DNA from: Steroidobacteraceae bacterium
Lineage (GTDB): Bacteria > Pseudomonadota > Gammaproteobacteria > Steroidobacterales > Steroidobacteraceae
DNA: 64,000 bases
NCBI GenBank assembly: GCA_016844605.1
Contig: JAENJD010000008.1
Coordinates: 6,602 to 70,601 of the forward strand
Direction of reading: 5' to 3'
Below the pieces are notes generated by a model, which was not told the origin of the DNA, did not search any database, and saw only the letters and a list, made by a program, of their open reading frames with translations. Below are positions 1 to 9,693 of this stretch, piece after piece; position 1 is the stretch's first letter, and each line of letters opens with the position of its first letter. The position numbers were made by a program, and so were the translations under genes.

Positions 1-1868
1 ATATCGGCGGCGGAATTCCTGCGGATCTCGGCATTGACCAGGTCCTCGATGCGCTCGAGTTCCTGCGGCGTCACGGCTTGGGTGTGTGAGAAATCGAAAC
101 GCAACCGGTCGGGTGCGACCAGCGATCCTTTCTGCACGACATGATTGCCGAGCACTTTGCGAAGCGCCGCATGCAGGAGATGCGTCGCGGAATGGTTCAG
201 CACCGTCGCCTGGCGCGTGGCGGCATCCACTTTCGCCGTCAGTTTGTCGCCGATTGCGAGCGATCCCGATTCGAGGCGGCCGATGTGCAGATGTGCATCG
301 CCCAGCTTCTTCGTGTCGGTGACACGGAACTTCGATTTCGCATTTTCCAGCGTGCCGACATCGCCGACCTGGCCGCCCGACTCGGCATAGAAAGGCGTGC
401 GGTCGAGCACGACCTGCACTTCCTCGCCGGCGGCAGCGGACTTCACCTCGGCGCCGCCCTTCAGGATGGCTTGAACCTTGCCTTCACCCACGAGCGAATC
501 GTAACCGCAGAACTCGCTCTCGTGCCCGGTCTCGGCCTGGCCACGCAAGTCCACGCCGAAGCGACTCGCGGCGCGGCCGCGTTCACGCTGGCCCTGCATC
601 GCCGCCTCGAAACCCGCCTGGTCGATCGACAACTTTCGCTCGCGCGCGATATCGGCGGTGAGGTCCACCGGGAATCCGAAGGTGTCGTAGAGCTTGAACA
701 CCGTGTCGCCCGCGATGGTCTTGCCCTTCATTTTCTTGATCGCGCCTTCGAGCAAATCCATGCCGTTTTCGAGCGTCTCGGCGAAGCGCTCCTCTTCCTG
801 GCGCAGGACCTTTGCGACATGCGCGGCGGATTTCGGCAGCTCCGGGTAAGCCTCGCCCATTTCCTTTGCGAGCGCCGGCACGAGCTGGTGGAAGAAGGGC
901 TTCTCCTGCCCGAGCTTGTAGCCGTGGCGGATGGCACGGCGAATGATGCGGCGCAGCACATAGCCACGGCCCTCATTGCCGGGGGTCACGCCGTCCACGA
1001 TCAGGAAACTACAGGCGCGGATGTGATCGGCGATTACGCGGAGCGATGGGCTGGTTTTTTTCTTCTGGTGCGTCGCCTCCGCTGCCGCTGCGATCAGGCC
1101 CTGGAACAGGTCGATGTCGTAATTCGAGTGCACGCCCTGCATCACCGCGGCCGTGCGTTCGAGGCCCATGCCGGTGTCCACCGAGGGTTTCGGCAGCGGC
1201 GTCATCTTTCCGTCTGCACTGCGCTCGTACTGCATGAACACGAGATTCCAGATCTCGACGTAGCGGTCGCCGTCCTCGTTCTTCGAGCCCGGCGGACCGC
1301 CTTTGATGTCCTTGCCGTGGTCGTAGAAGATTTCGGCGCAGGGCCCGCAGGGGCCGGTGTCGCCCATCGCCCAGAAATTTGACTGTTCGTTCAGGCGCGC
1401 GAAGCGCTTCGGATTGACGCCGATTTTTTTCAGCCAGATGTCGGCGGCCTGGTGATCGTCCTTGTAGACGGTGACCCAGAGTTTTTCCGCGGGGATCGCA
1501 AGCGTCCCGGTGACGAATTCCCAGGCGAATTCGATCGCCTCGCGCTTGAAGTAATCGCCGAAGCTGAAATTGCCCAGCATTTCGAAGAACGTGTGATGGC
1601 GCGCGGTGTAACCGACATTCTCAAGATCGTTGTGCTTGCCGCCCGCGCGTACGCAACGCTGCGAGCTCGCGGCGCGCTTGTAGCTGCGCTGGTCCTTGCC
1701 GAGGAAGACATCCTTGAACTGCACCATGCCGGCGTTAGTGAAGAGAAGCGTCGGGTCATTGCCGGGCACGAGCGGGCTCGATGGCACGACCGCGTGGCCG
1801 CGCTCCCGGAAGAATTCCAGGAAGGCGCTGCGCAGCTCCGCGCTCGTTAGTTTCCGTCTCAACGCCAT
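1..1868 (-). CDS. alaS: alanine--tRNA ligase, N-terminal ~622 codons (rest of the gene lies beyond the window start, so it is absent from the ORF track)
   Basis: The reverse-strand translation from ATG (comp. 1866-1868) reads [20 protein letters not shown]...[22 protein letters not shown]...[38 protein letters not shown]. These are class II AlaRS signature blocks. The ATG overlaps the recX stop by 1 nt (TGATG). Confidence 0.95.
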   Translation of the reverse strand, partial: MALRRKLTSAELRSAFLEFFRERGHAVVPSSPLVPGNDPTLLFTNAGMVQFKDVFLGKDQRSYKRAASSQRCVRAGGKHNDLENVGYTARHHTFFEMLGNFSFGDYFKREAIEFAWEFVTGTLAIPAEKLWVTVYKDDHQAADIWLKKIGVNPKRFARLNEQSNFWAMGDTGPCGPCAEIFYDHGKDIKGGPPGSKNEDGDRYVEIWNLVFMQYERSADGKMTPLPKPSVDTGMGLERTAAVMQGVHSNYDIDLFQGLIAAAAEATHQKKKTSPSLRVIADHIRACSFLIVDGVTPGNEGRGYVLRRIIRRAIRHGYKLGQEKPFFHQLVPALAKEMGEAYPELPKSAAHVAKVLRQEEERFAETLENGMDLLEGAIKKMKGKTIAGDTVFKLYDTFGFPVDLTADIARERKLSIDQAGFEAAMQGQRERGRAASRFGVDLRGQAETGHESEFCGYDSLVGEGKVQAILKGGAEVKSAAAGEEVQVVLDRTPFYAESGGQVGDVGTLENAKSKFRVTDTKKLGDAHLHIGRLESGSLAIGDKLTAKVDAATRQATVLNHSATHLLHAALRKVLGNHVVQKGSLVAPDRLRFDFSHTQAVTPQELERIEDLVNAEIRRNSAAD

Positions 1869-2362
1869 CATTCCCCGTCCAGATCCCTGCCGATCGCCGC
1901 GCGCACCTGGTCCGAACTGAAGCCGCGCTGCGTCAGGAAACGCGCCTGCTTTCCGCGTTCGGCCCAGCTTCCGGGTTCGCGCGCGCCGAAGCGCTTGCGC
2001 CGGACTTCGGCGCAGCGCCGCCGCCAGTCGGCCGAGCCCGCGTCAACCGATGCCGAAATCAGCTCCGCGGCGACGCCGGCCTCGCGGAGCTTGTGCGCAA
2101 TGCGCACGGGCCCCTGGCCGCGATTGGCATGATACGCGACGAAATGCTCGGCAAATCGGGAGTCGTCCAGGAGCTTTTCCTGGACCAGGCGATCGACGAT
2201 CGTCTGTGCGGTCGCGGCCGCAAAGCCCCGTTCGGCAAGGCGCTCGCCAAGTTCTCGGGCGCCGTAGTCACGCCGGTTCAGCAGCTTGAGTGCCGCGAGC
2301 CGGGCAGCCTGCTGATCTTCGGGTGCCGCCGCGGCGGCCGGATCAGGCTTCCGCCGCCTCAC
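1868..2362 (-). CDS. recX: recombination regulator RecX
   Basis: The 164-aa ORF sits immediately downstream of recA and overlaps it by 20 nt. It has RecX-like repeats ([23 protein letters not shown]...[24 protein letters not shown]). Confidence 0.9.
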   Translation of the reverse strand: MRRRKPDPAAAAAPEDQQAARLAALKLLNRRDYGARELGERLAERGFAAATAQTIVDRLVQEKLLDDSRFAEHFVAYHANRGQGPVRIAHKLREAGVAAELISASVDAGSADWRRRCAEVRRKRFGAREPGSWAERGKQARFLTQRGFSSDQVRAAIGRDLDGE

Positions 2363-3374
2363 TCACAACCGCCACCGGGCGGCGCACCGGCAACAACCGG
2401 GTCCGCAGCGCCGTATCGATCGCCGTCGCGACTTCCGGATGCTGCTGCAGGTAGGCGCGGGCATTGTCCTTGCCCTGGCCGATGCGTTCGCCGTTGTAGG
2501 CGTACCAGGAGCCGGACTTCTCGATCAGGCCGTGCAGCGCACCCATGTCGATCAGCTCGCCTTCGCGCGAGATGCCATGGCCGTAGAGGATCTCGAACTC
2601 CGCCTCGCGGAATGGCGGCGAGACCTTGTTCTTGACGACCTTGACGCGGGTCTGGTTGCCGATGACTTCCTCGCCGTTCTTCAATGCGCCGATGCGGCGG
2701 ATGTCGAGCCGCATCGATGCGTAGAACTTGAGCGCATTGCCGCCGGTCGTGGTCTCGGGGTTGCCGAACATCACGCCGATCTTCATGCGGATCTGGTTGA
2801 TGAACAGCACGATGGTGTTGGAACGCTTGATATTGCCGGTGAGCTTGCGCAGCGCCTGCGACATCAGCCGGGCCTGCAGCCCGATCTGCATCTCGCCCAT
2901 TTCGCCCTCGATTTCGGCCTTTGGCGTCAGCGCCGCGACCGAGTCGATCACGACGATGTCCACGGCCCCGGAACGCACCAGCATGTCGGTGATCTCGAGC
3001 GCCTGCTCGCCGGTATCCGGCTGCGAAATCAGCAGTTCCTTGATGTTGACGCCGAGCTTACCGGCGTAGACGGGATCGAGCGCGTGCTCGGCGTCCACGA
3101 ATGCGGCAACGCCGCCCAGTTTCTGCGTCTGGGCGATGATCGAAAGCGCGAGGGTCGTCTTGCCGGACGCTTCCGGCCCGTAAATCTCGATCACGCGGCC
3201 GCGTGGCACGCCGCCGACGCCGAGCGCGACGTCGAGGGCCAGCGATCCGGTTGATACGACCTCGATGTCGTTGTTGGCCGGGTGCTCGCCCAAGAGCATC
3301 ACCGAGCCCTTGCCGAACTGCTTGTCGATCTGGCTCAGCGCTGCGGCGAGAGCCTTCTTGCGGTTGTCTTCCAT
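2343..3374 (-). CDS. recA: recombinase RecA
   Basis: The 343-aa ORF shows [26 protein letters not shown], Walker [13 protein letters not shown] and [30 protein letters not shown]. Confidence 0.98.
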   Translation of the reverse strand: MEDNRKKALAAALSQIDKQFGKGSVMLLGEHPANNDIEVVSTGSLALDVALGVGGVPRGRVIEIYGPEASGKTTLALSIIAQTQKLGGVAAFVDAEHALDPVYAGKLGVNIKELLISQPDTGEQALEITDMLVRSGAVDIVVIDSVAALTPKAEIEGEMGEMQIGLQARLMSQALRKLTGNIKRSNTIVLFINQIRMKIGVMFGNPETTTGGNALKFYASMRLDIRRIGALKNGEEVIGNQTRVKVVKNKVSPPFREAEFEILYGHGISREGELIDMGALHGLIEKSGSWYAYNGERIGQGKDNARAYLQQHPEVATAIDTALRTRLLPVRRPVAVVSEAAEA

Positions 3375-3528
3375 ATCGCGACGCCCCTCTGGAGGTGGAT
3401 GATTATTTCACAAAGATCCGGCTTGCGGCGCACGCAGAATTAACTCTGCGTTGGACCCAAAATTGCCGTTCGGGGAGAGATTACGGAACCGGGTGGCTCA
3501 ACCGGCGACCCAGGCTCAGAACTGGTTC

Positions 3529-4080
3529 TCAGGACTTGCTCAGCGGCCACTCGGCGAGTGGCGTGTAGTGCAGGCCGTCCGGGCCGGACACGGATTCGAC
3601 CAGCGCCAGGCGATCGCAGGACCAAATGACGGCCGGAATGCTGAGCTTTGGCGGTGGCCGGCGCACCCGGCGCACCAGCGTGAAATGCGGCCGCCAGGCC
3701 CGTTCCTCGCGTTCGATGCCGAGCGGCAGCAGGCGCTCCCACAGGGTGTTGACCAGAGTCTGGCCCGCTTCCGGGATCGCATCCGCGAGCGCCGAGACGA
3801 CCTTGGGCCTGGGCCAGTATTCCAGGCGGTCGAATTTGAGCTTGGCCGGCTTGTAATCGCCCCGCGCGCCGACCCGGATGATTTCCGGTATCCGCGAGCC
3901 CGGGACCCGGCCGAGGAAGGCCAGCGTCACATGGAATTTTGAGGCGGCGACCGGCTGGCCATCGATGGAGGCGACGGCCTTTCCAGTCGCTTCGATCAGC
4001 AATTGGCGCGTCTTCGCGTCCGGCCAGTATGCGAAGAACAGGCGCCTCGAATGCTCGCGAAGATCCAGTGGCGTACTCAT
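3529..4080 (-). CDS. thpR: RNA 2',3'-cyclic phosphodiesterase (2H / LigT family)
   Basis: The 183-aa ORF carries two HxT/S motifs (FHVTLAFLG and PHFTLVR). It has a 4-nt ATGA overlap with the upstream pncC. Confidence 0.85.
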   Translation of the reverse strand: MSTPLDLREHSRRLFFAYWPDAKTRQLLIEATGKAVASIDGQPVAASKFHVTLAFLGRVPGSRIPEIIRVGARGDYKPAKLKFDRLEYWPRPKVVSALADAIPEAGQTLVNTLWERLLPLGIEREERAWRPHFTLVRRVRRPPPKLSIPAVIWSCDRLALVESVSGPDGLHYTPLAEWPLSKS

Positions 4081-4577
4081 GGGCGCAACAGCCCCGAAAG
4101 CGCCGCCGCGACGGTGCGGCGGCGAACGGCATCGCGATCCCCTGCGAAACGGTGATGTTGTGCCGTGGCCCGCACGCGGCCGCGGTGGCGCCTGGCCCAG
4201 GCGATCCAGACCGTACCGACGGGCTTACCCTTGGTTGCACCGGTCGGGCCGGCGATGCCGGTGACCGCGACCGCAACGGTCGCGCCCGCAGCTTTCAGCG
4301 CACCGCGCGCCATCGCGAGCGCCGCCGGTTCACTGACCGCGCCATGGCGTTCGAGCAAGGAAGGACTCACGCCCAGGAGCTTCTGCTTCGCGGCATTGGA
4401 ATAGGTTACCCAGCCGCGGTCGAAGTAATCGGAACTCCCGGACAGGTCGGTCAGGCATTTGGCGAGGAAACCGCCGGTGCAGGATTCGGCGGTCACGACC
4501 TGCGCGCCGGCCTTGCGCAGGTGGCGGCCCACGCGGGTCGCGAGCAGGTATAGAGCAGTATCGCCGGGTGCGCTCAT
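4077..4577 (-). CDS. pncC: CinA-family nicotinamide-nucleotide amidohydrolase
   Basis: The 166-aa ORF shows VVTAESCTGGFLAKCLTDLSGSSDYFDRGWVTYSNAAK and GIAGPTGATKGKPVGTVW, typical of the CinA C-terminal domain. Confidence 0.85.
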   Translation of the reverse strand: MSAPGDTALYLLATRVGRHLRKAGAQVVTAESCTGGFLAKCLTDLSGSSDYFDRGWVTYSNAAKQKLLGVSPSLLERHGAVSEPAALAMARGALKAAGATVAVAVTGIAGPTGATKGKPVGTVWIAWARRHRGRVRATAQHHRFAGDRDAVRRRTVAAALSGLLRP

Positions 4578-5320
4578 TTGTCACGTTTCGCGCGGATGGC
4601 GGCGATGGCCTCGCGCGCCTCTGGGCCCGCGAGACGCGGCCCTAAAACATTGAGCTCGCGCATGATCGCCTCCTGCACGAGCACCGCCTGCGCCTGCCGC
4701 AGCAGCTTCTTCGTATCGCGCACGGCGCCCGGCGGCAGGGCGTTGAAGGAACGCGCCGCCGCCTGTGCATGATTGAGCAGATCCCCTGGGGCCAGCACGG
4801 CATTCACGATGCCCATGGAGAGCGCTTCGGCGGCATTGAAGGGCTTGCCCAGCAGCAGTTTCTCGGCAGCGCCGACCCGGCCCGCCATCATCGGCAATAA
4901 CAAGGTAGATCCGAACTCAGGTACGAGGCCCAGCTTCACGAAAGGCATCGAAAACGTGGCGCCCTCGGCGACGTAAACCAGGTCGCAATGCAGCAGCATC
5001 GTGACGCCGATGCCGACCGCCATGCCATTGACGGCCGCGACCACCGGCTTGTCGAATGTCGCCAGTTCCTGCATGAAGGAAAGGACCGGTGAGTCCGGTC
5101 GCGCGAATCTTGGATCGGCGAAGTCCTTGAGATCGTTGCCTGCCGTGAAGGCGGACCCTGCGCCCGTGAACAACACGGCGCGCACCGCACTGTCCGCTGA
5201 AACCTCCCGGAGATGCCTGACGATCGCCTCGTACATCCCGCTGGTGATCGCATTTTTCTTGTCTGGACGGTCGAATGTCAGGGTTGCTACACCCTGGTCG
5301 AATTGATAGCCGATGCTCAT
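4574..5320 (-). CDS. enoyl-CoA hydratase/isomerase (crotonase) family protein
   Basis: The crotonase-like sequence begins at [25 protein letters not shown]...[17 protein letters not shown]...[19 protein letters not shown]. The longer 512-aa track ORF (to 6112) is an extension running antisense into mutS. Confidence 0.85.
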   Translation of the reverse strand: MSIGYQFDQGVATLTFDRPDKKNAITSGMYEAIVRHLREVSADSAVRAVLFTGAGSAFTAGNDLKDFADPRFARPDSPVLSFMQELATFDKPVVAAVNGMAVGIGVTMLLHCDLVYVAEGATFSMPFVKLGLVPEFGSTLLLPMMAGRVGAAEKLLLGKPFNAAEALSMGIVNAVLAPGDLLNHAQAAARSFNALPPGAVRDTKKLLRQAQAVLVQEAIMRELNVLGPRLAGPEAREAIAAIRAKRDK

Positions 5321-5347
5321 GTGTCGCCATTCCTCCGGATCGTCATA

Positions 5348-7960
5348 ATGCCTCAAATGAAGGCTTCGGAGCGCCCACCCGTCACCGGCTCCCTGTTCGC
5401 GGGGCTCGCCAGCCATACGCCGATGATGCAGCAGTACCTGCGCATCAAGGCAGAGCATCCGGACGTGCTGCTGCTGTACCGGATGGGCGATTTCTACGAG
5501 CTTTTCTATGAGGATGCGCGCCGCGCCTCGAAGCTCCTCGACATCATGCTGACCCAGCGCGGCGAATCGGCCGGTGCCGCGATTCCGATGGCGGGCGTGC
5601 CGGTGGACAAGCTCGACACCTATCTTGGAAGACTCGTGAAACTGGGCGAGCCGGTCGCGATCTGCGAGCAGGTCGGCGAGGTCGGAAAGAACAAGGGTCC
5701 GGTCGAGCGCGAGGTCGTGCGCATCGTGACACCAGGCACGGTGACCGACGATGCATTGCTCGACGCGAATCGCGAGACCCTGCTCGCGGCCATCGCTGTT
5801 GATGGCGAGACCTTTGGCCTGTCCTGGCTCGATCTCAGCGCGGGCCGCTACAGCGTGCTCGAAGGCTTCGGTACTGAATCCCTGCTCTCGGAACTCGAGC
5901 GGCTGCGGCCCGCCGAGCTCTTGTTGGCCGAGGGGACGGCCGGGCGACTGGCCTCGGCACTGCGGGCGCGCATCGTCGAGCGGCCGCCCTGGCATTTCGA
6001 GCAAGATTCGGCGCGGCGCGCGCTGAATCAGCAATTCGGCACCCAGGATCTCGCGGGTTTTGGCGCGGAAGACCTGGGGCTTGCGATCGGGGCGGCCGGC
6101 GCCCTTCTTCAATATGTCCGCGACACGCAGCGCGGCGCCTTACCGCACCTGACGGGGCTCGTGCGCGAGTCGCGCGACGAGGCGCTCGCGATGGACCCGG
6201 CCACGCGGCGAAATCTCGAACTCGATCGCAGCCTCGCCGGCCGCGACGAGCACACCCTCGCTGGCGTCGTCGACCAAACGGCGACCGCAATGGGCGCGCG
6301 GCAGTTGCGGCGCTGGATCCAGCGGCCGCTGCGCGATCACGCGGAACTGCGGCGCCGCTACCAGGCCATCTCCGAGCTGATCGGAACCGGCCGCGCGGCG
6401 GCCCTGCACGAAAAACTCCGTGGGGTCGGCGATGTCGAGCGCGTACTCTCGAGAATTGCGCTGCGCTCGGCCAGGCCGCGCGATCTCGCCATGTTGCGAG
6501 CAGCACTCGCCCAGTTGCCGGCAATTCACGAGACACTCAATGGGCTCGCCTCCCCGCTCCTCGCGGGGGTTGCCACGGATCTCGCCGCGCAGCCCGAATT
6601 GCATGCGCTCCTCGCCAGCGCGATCGTCGAGTCGCCACCACCACTGTTGCGCGATGGCGGCGTGTTCGCGGCGGGCTACGACAACGAACTCGACGATGAG
6701 CGGTCCATCGCGACTGGCACGGACCGGCACCTGTTCGAGCTCGAGGCGCACGAACGCCGTCGCACGGGTATCTCGCAGTTGCGGGTCGGCTACAACCGCG
6801 TGCACGGCTACTACATCGAACTGCCGCGTAGCCAGTCAGGGCGCGCGCCCCCCGATTACCATCGCCGCCAGACCATCAAGAATGCCGAGCGCTACACGAC
6901 GCCGGAACTCAAGCAGTTCGAGGACCGCATGCTGGGCGCCCGCGACCGCGCGACCGCGCGCGAACGCGAACTCTTCGAGGCGCTGCTCGACGAGCTGACG
7001 CTTGCGCTCGCGAGTCTCAAGCGCCTGGCCGCGGCGCTTGCAATCGTCGACGTGATCGCGAATCTCGCCGAGCGCGCCGTAACCCTGTCCTACGTGCAGC
7101 CCGAACTTACGGACGAGCCGGGGCTGCGCATTGAGGGCGGCCGCCACCCGGTCGTCGAGCGCGTTCTCGAAGAACCCTTCGTGCCCAATGACCTCGAGTT
7201 GCGTGATGGCCGGCGCATGCTCGTGATCACGGGCCCGAATATGGGTGGCAAATCCACTTACATGCGCCAGGCAGCGCTGATCCTGGTGCTCGCCTCGATC
7301 GGAAGCTTCGTGCCGGCGGACCGGGCCGTGATCGGGCCGTTCGACCGGATCTTCACGCGCATCGGCGCCTCGGACGATCTTGCGGGTGGGCGCTCGACAT
7401 TCATGGTCGAGATGACCGAGGCCGCCGTGATCCTGAATGCCGCCACCGAGCAGAGTCTCGTGCTGATGGACGAGATTGGCCGTGGTACCAGCACCTATGA
7501 CGGCCTGTCGCTCGCATTCGCCTGCGCGAGCCACATCGCGCGGCGCCTGCGCGCATTCACGCTGTTCGCAACCCACTACTTCGAGCTGACCGAGATCGCC
7601 GCGGAATTGCCCGAGGTGGACAACGTGCATCTCGATGCGACTGAGCACCATGACGACATCGTGTTCCTGCACGCCGTTCGGCCCGGACCCGCGAGCCGCA
7701 GTTACGGGCTGCAGGTGGCGCAGAAGGCCGGCGTTCCTCGCGAAGTCATCGCGAGCGCCAAGGCTTATCTCGAGAAGATCGAGCGCCAGCACCGGCGCGA
7801 TACGCCACCGACCCCGCAGGCGAGCCTGCCGCTCGTCGCACCGGATCAGAGCGCGGAAGTGATCAACAAGCTGAAGGCCATCGATCCCGACCGGCTGACG
7901 CCACGGGAAGCCCTGCAGGCGCTCTATGATTTGCGCGCCGGCCTGCCGCCGGACGATTGA
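5348..7960 (+). CDS. mutS: DNA mismatch repair protein MutS
   Basis: [31 protein letters not shown] is present near the N-terminus, with Walker [16 protein letters not shown] and [16 protein letters not shown]. The start is taken at ATG 5348 (MPQMK). ATG 5357 is an alternative, and the track ORF opens at 5213. Confidence 0.96.
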   Translation: MPQMKASERPPVTGSLFAGLASHTPMMQQYLRIKAEHPDVLLLYRMGDFYELFYEDARRASKLLDIMLTQRGESAGAAIPMAGVPVDKLDTYLGRLVKLGEPVAICEQVGEVGKNKGPVEREVVRIVTPGTVTDDALLDANRETLLAAIAVDGETFGLSWLDLSAGRYSVLEGFGTESLLSELERLRPAELLLAEGTAGRLASALRARIVERPPWHFEQDSARRALNQQFGTQDLAGFGAEDLGLAIGAAGALLQYVRDTQRGALPHLTGLVRESRDEALAMDPATRRNLELDRSLAGRDEHTLAGVVDQTATAMGARQLRRWIQRPLRDHAELRRRYQAISELIGTGRAAALHEKLRGVGDVERVLSRIALRSARPRDLAMLRAALAQLPAIHETLNGLASPLLAGVATDLAAQPELHALLASAIVESPPPLLRDGGVFAAGYDNELDDERSIATGTDRHLFELEAHERRRTGISQLRVGYNRVHGYYIELPRSQSGRAPPDYHRRQTIKNAERYTTPELKQFEDRMLGARDRATARERELFEALLDELTLALASLKRLAAALAIVDVIANLAERAVTLSYVQPELTDEPGLRIEGGRHPVVERVLEEPFVPNDLELRDGRRMLVITGPNMGGKSTYMRQAALILVLASIGSFVPADRAVIGPFDRIFTRIGASDDLAGGRSTFMVEMTEAAVILNAATEQSLVLMDEIGRGTSTYDGLSLAFACASHIARRLRAFTLFATHYFELTEIAAELPEVDNVHLDATEHHDDIVFLHAVRPGPASRSYGLQVAQKAGVPREVIASAKAYLEKIERQHRRDTPPTPQASLPLVAPDQSAEVINKLKAIDPDRLTPREALQALYDLRAGLPPDD

Positions 7961-7966
7961 CGCTTT

Positions 7967-9364
7967 TCACCGCTCGCGGCGACGCGCGAGGAACAGTACG
8001 CGTCCATTCGGCAATTCGCGGCTCCTTTCGATCTGGAACTTCTGGCTGAGCGCCGCCTCGAATGCCGGCCGCTCGCAATCGCCAAAGAGTGGCTCGCGGC
8101 CGCGCGCGATGGCCGCAAACATCGGATCTTTGATCGGCACGAACTCGACCAGCAGATGGCGCCGGGTCACTCCCGCGATTGCGTCGAACTGCTCCGCAAT
8201 TGGCACGCCCTCGGTCACGCGCAGGTGGTGGACGACGGCGAGCATCAGTACCAGGTCGAAGCGATCCGCCGCGCGTGCGAGAAAGGAATCGCTCTCGCGA
8301 TTGCGCCAGCCGGTGGCGGGCGTCGGCCTGCCAAAATTTCCGACCAGCGGCAGGATCGTCGGCCTTGACGCGCGCGCCCGCCCGAAAATCGCCGCGACCG
8401 AACGCTCGTCGATGTCCATCGAGACGACCTCGGCCTGCCTTGCCGCGATCTCGCTGAATTCGCCCGTGTTGGCGCCGATGTCGAGCACCGCGAGCGGGCG
8501 CGTGGCATCCAGGGCCTCGGTCACGAAGGCGCGCTTGGCCTCGAGATCTGCTTCACCATAGTGCAGACGCGTTGCCGTATAGCCCTGCCAATGCGAACTG
8601 CCCGCGGCGAGCCGCGCGGTCCAGCGCTGCAATTCACGCGTGAGACCTGCAAGCGAGCGAGCGAGGATGAACCGCGCCTGTTTGTCGCTTGCGACCTTCA
8701 GCGCTCCGCGGTTGCCGGCGCCTGCTGCCGCGCGGGCAGCAAATGCCGCGGGCAGCGCGACACTTCGCCAAAGGCGCGGCTTCAGCCAGCGGCGCGCGCC
8801 GAGGATGCGCGCGAGGGTCTCGTGCGGAAGGCCCGCGACGGGATTGGCGACGGTCGAGGCGACTGGCAGGCCGGCCTCGACGGATGCGATCAGCGGCAGC
8901 AGGAAAGTCGTCTCGAACTGATGGCGCGCGTTCCAGAGGCAGCTGCCCGACTCGCGCGCGACGATTGACGGCAGGTCCACGAAGACCGGCTGCGCGCCGC
9001 GAAACAGCACATTGGCCGGCGTCGCGTCCTTCAGTTGCAGGCCCTGCGGCAGCAGTGCCCGTGAAAGCTCGAGGGTCAGTTCCGCGGCAGCCGCCAGCAT
9101 CTCCGGCGCCCATTCGGCCGGATGACTGACGAAGGCTATGCGCTCGTGTTCGAAGCATTCGCCGTCGATACCGGCGATCGAAGCAGGCGTGGTCCGCACC
9201 AGTCTGCCTTCGTCCATCCAGCGGCGGACAACAGGATCGGCCAGCATGCGGCGAAAGGCGGGAGCCGCGTGCGGCCGGACGGCGCGTATCAGCCGTCCTT
9301 CATGTTCTACAAGATATGCGTCGGGATCCCGGAACGAGCGTGGGCTGCGATTCGTGCCGATCAC
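7967..9364 (-). CDS. fusion protein: N-terminal ~250-aa domain of unknown function plus C-terminal class I SAM-dependent methyltransferase
   Basis: The 465-aa ORF has MTase motif I-like LAVLDIGANTGEFSEIA and DLVLMLAVVHHL. The N-terminal part (SFRDPDAYLVEHEGRLIRAV...HPAEWAPEMLAAAAELTLEL...LKDATPANVLF) has no function I can assign. Confidence 0.75.
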   Translation of the reverse strand: MIGTNRSPRSFRDPDAYLVEHEGRLIRAVRPHAAPAFRRMLADPVVRRWMDEGRLVRTTPASIAGIDGECFEHERIAFVSHPAEWAPEMLAAAAELTLELSRALLPQGLQLKDATPANVLFRGAQPVFVDLPSIVARESGSCLWNARHQFETTFLLPLIASVEAGLPVASTVANPVAGLPHETLARILGARRWLKPRLWRSVALPAAFAARAAAGAGNRGALKVASDKQARFILARSLAGLTRELQRWTARLAAGSSHWQGYTATRLHYGEADLEAKRAFVTEALDATRPLAVLDIGANTGEFSEIAARQAEVVSMDIDERSVAAIFGRARASRPTILPLVGNFGRPTPATGWRNRESDSFLARAADRFDLVLMLAVVHHLRVTEGVPIAEQFDAIAGVTRRHLLVEFVPIKDPMFAAIARGREPLFGDCERPAFEAALSQKFQIERSRELPNGRVLFLARRRER

Positions 9365-9609
9365 CGAATTCGGTCGTCGGTCGGGCGCTCCCCGCCTGCG
9401 TCAGCGGAGGTCACTGGCCGGCGCGAGAAGAGCGACATGATTGTCCGGCGCAATTCGTGGAAGTAGAAGATTCCGCCCGCGACCGCGGCGCCGAACATCT
9501 GCAGCAGCATCGAACCGGTGCCCGGATCGATATAGGCATTCGCGCGCGCGATGCTGGCGACGGCGAGCACGACGGCAGAGGCGAGCTTCAATCGGGTCGA
9601 GCGTAACAA
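9361..9609 (-). CDS. small exported/membrane protein (82 aa), hypothetical
   Basis: The TTG start is preceded by GGAG about 9 nt upstream. The ORF has a signal-like N-terminus (KLASAVVLAVASIARANA), then YIDPGTGSMLLQMFGAAVAGGIFYF (hydrophobic helix) and a basic tail. It overlaps the downstream methyltransferase start by 4 nt. Confidence 0.5.
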   Translation of the reverse strand: MLRSTRLKLASAVVLAVASIARANAYIDPGTGSMLLQMFGAAVAGGIFYFHELRRTIMSLFSRRPVTSADAGGERPTDDRIR

Positions 9610-9693
9610 GTGGGGTAACTCCGCTGTCTTACACCCGCCATGACAACAGCTAGTGCCGTGTCCTACCCGCCGATTCGATCACATTTTGCCATT

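Noticed and set aside
141-1382. 413-aa ORF on the plus strand, with several smaller ones at 86-1850.
   Set aside because: It lies antisense to clearly recognisable alaS coding sequence. Its composition is low-complexity and Arg/Ala/Gly-rich, as expected for the reverse frame of a GC-rich gene, and it has no recognisable motif.
4574-6112. 512-aa ORF that would extend the crotonase gene by ~260 codons.
   Set aside because: Homology to enoyl-CoA hydratases begins only at MSIGYQF (5320). The extension runs antisense through the mutS N-terminus and is an Arg/Gly-rich artefact. The same kind of 5' overextension was trimmed for sucC (to 24390), the DPP-IV-like gene (from 35732), ftsA, murG, ftsW, murD, mraY, mraZ and rsmI.
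6140-7792. ORFs of 221 aa and 318 aa on the minus strand within mutS.
   Set aside because: They are antisense to a full-length, motif-complete mutS and show no independent protein signatures.
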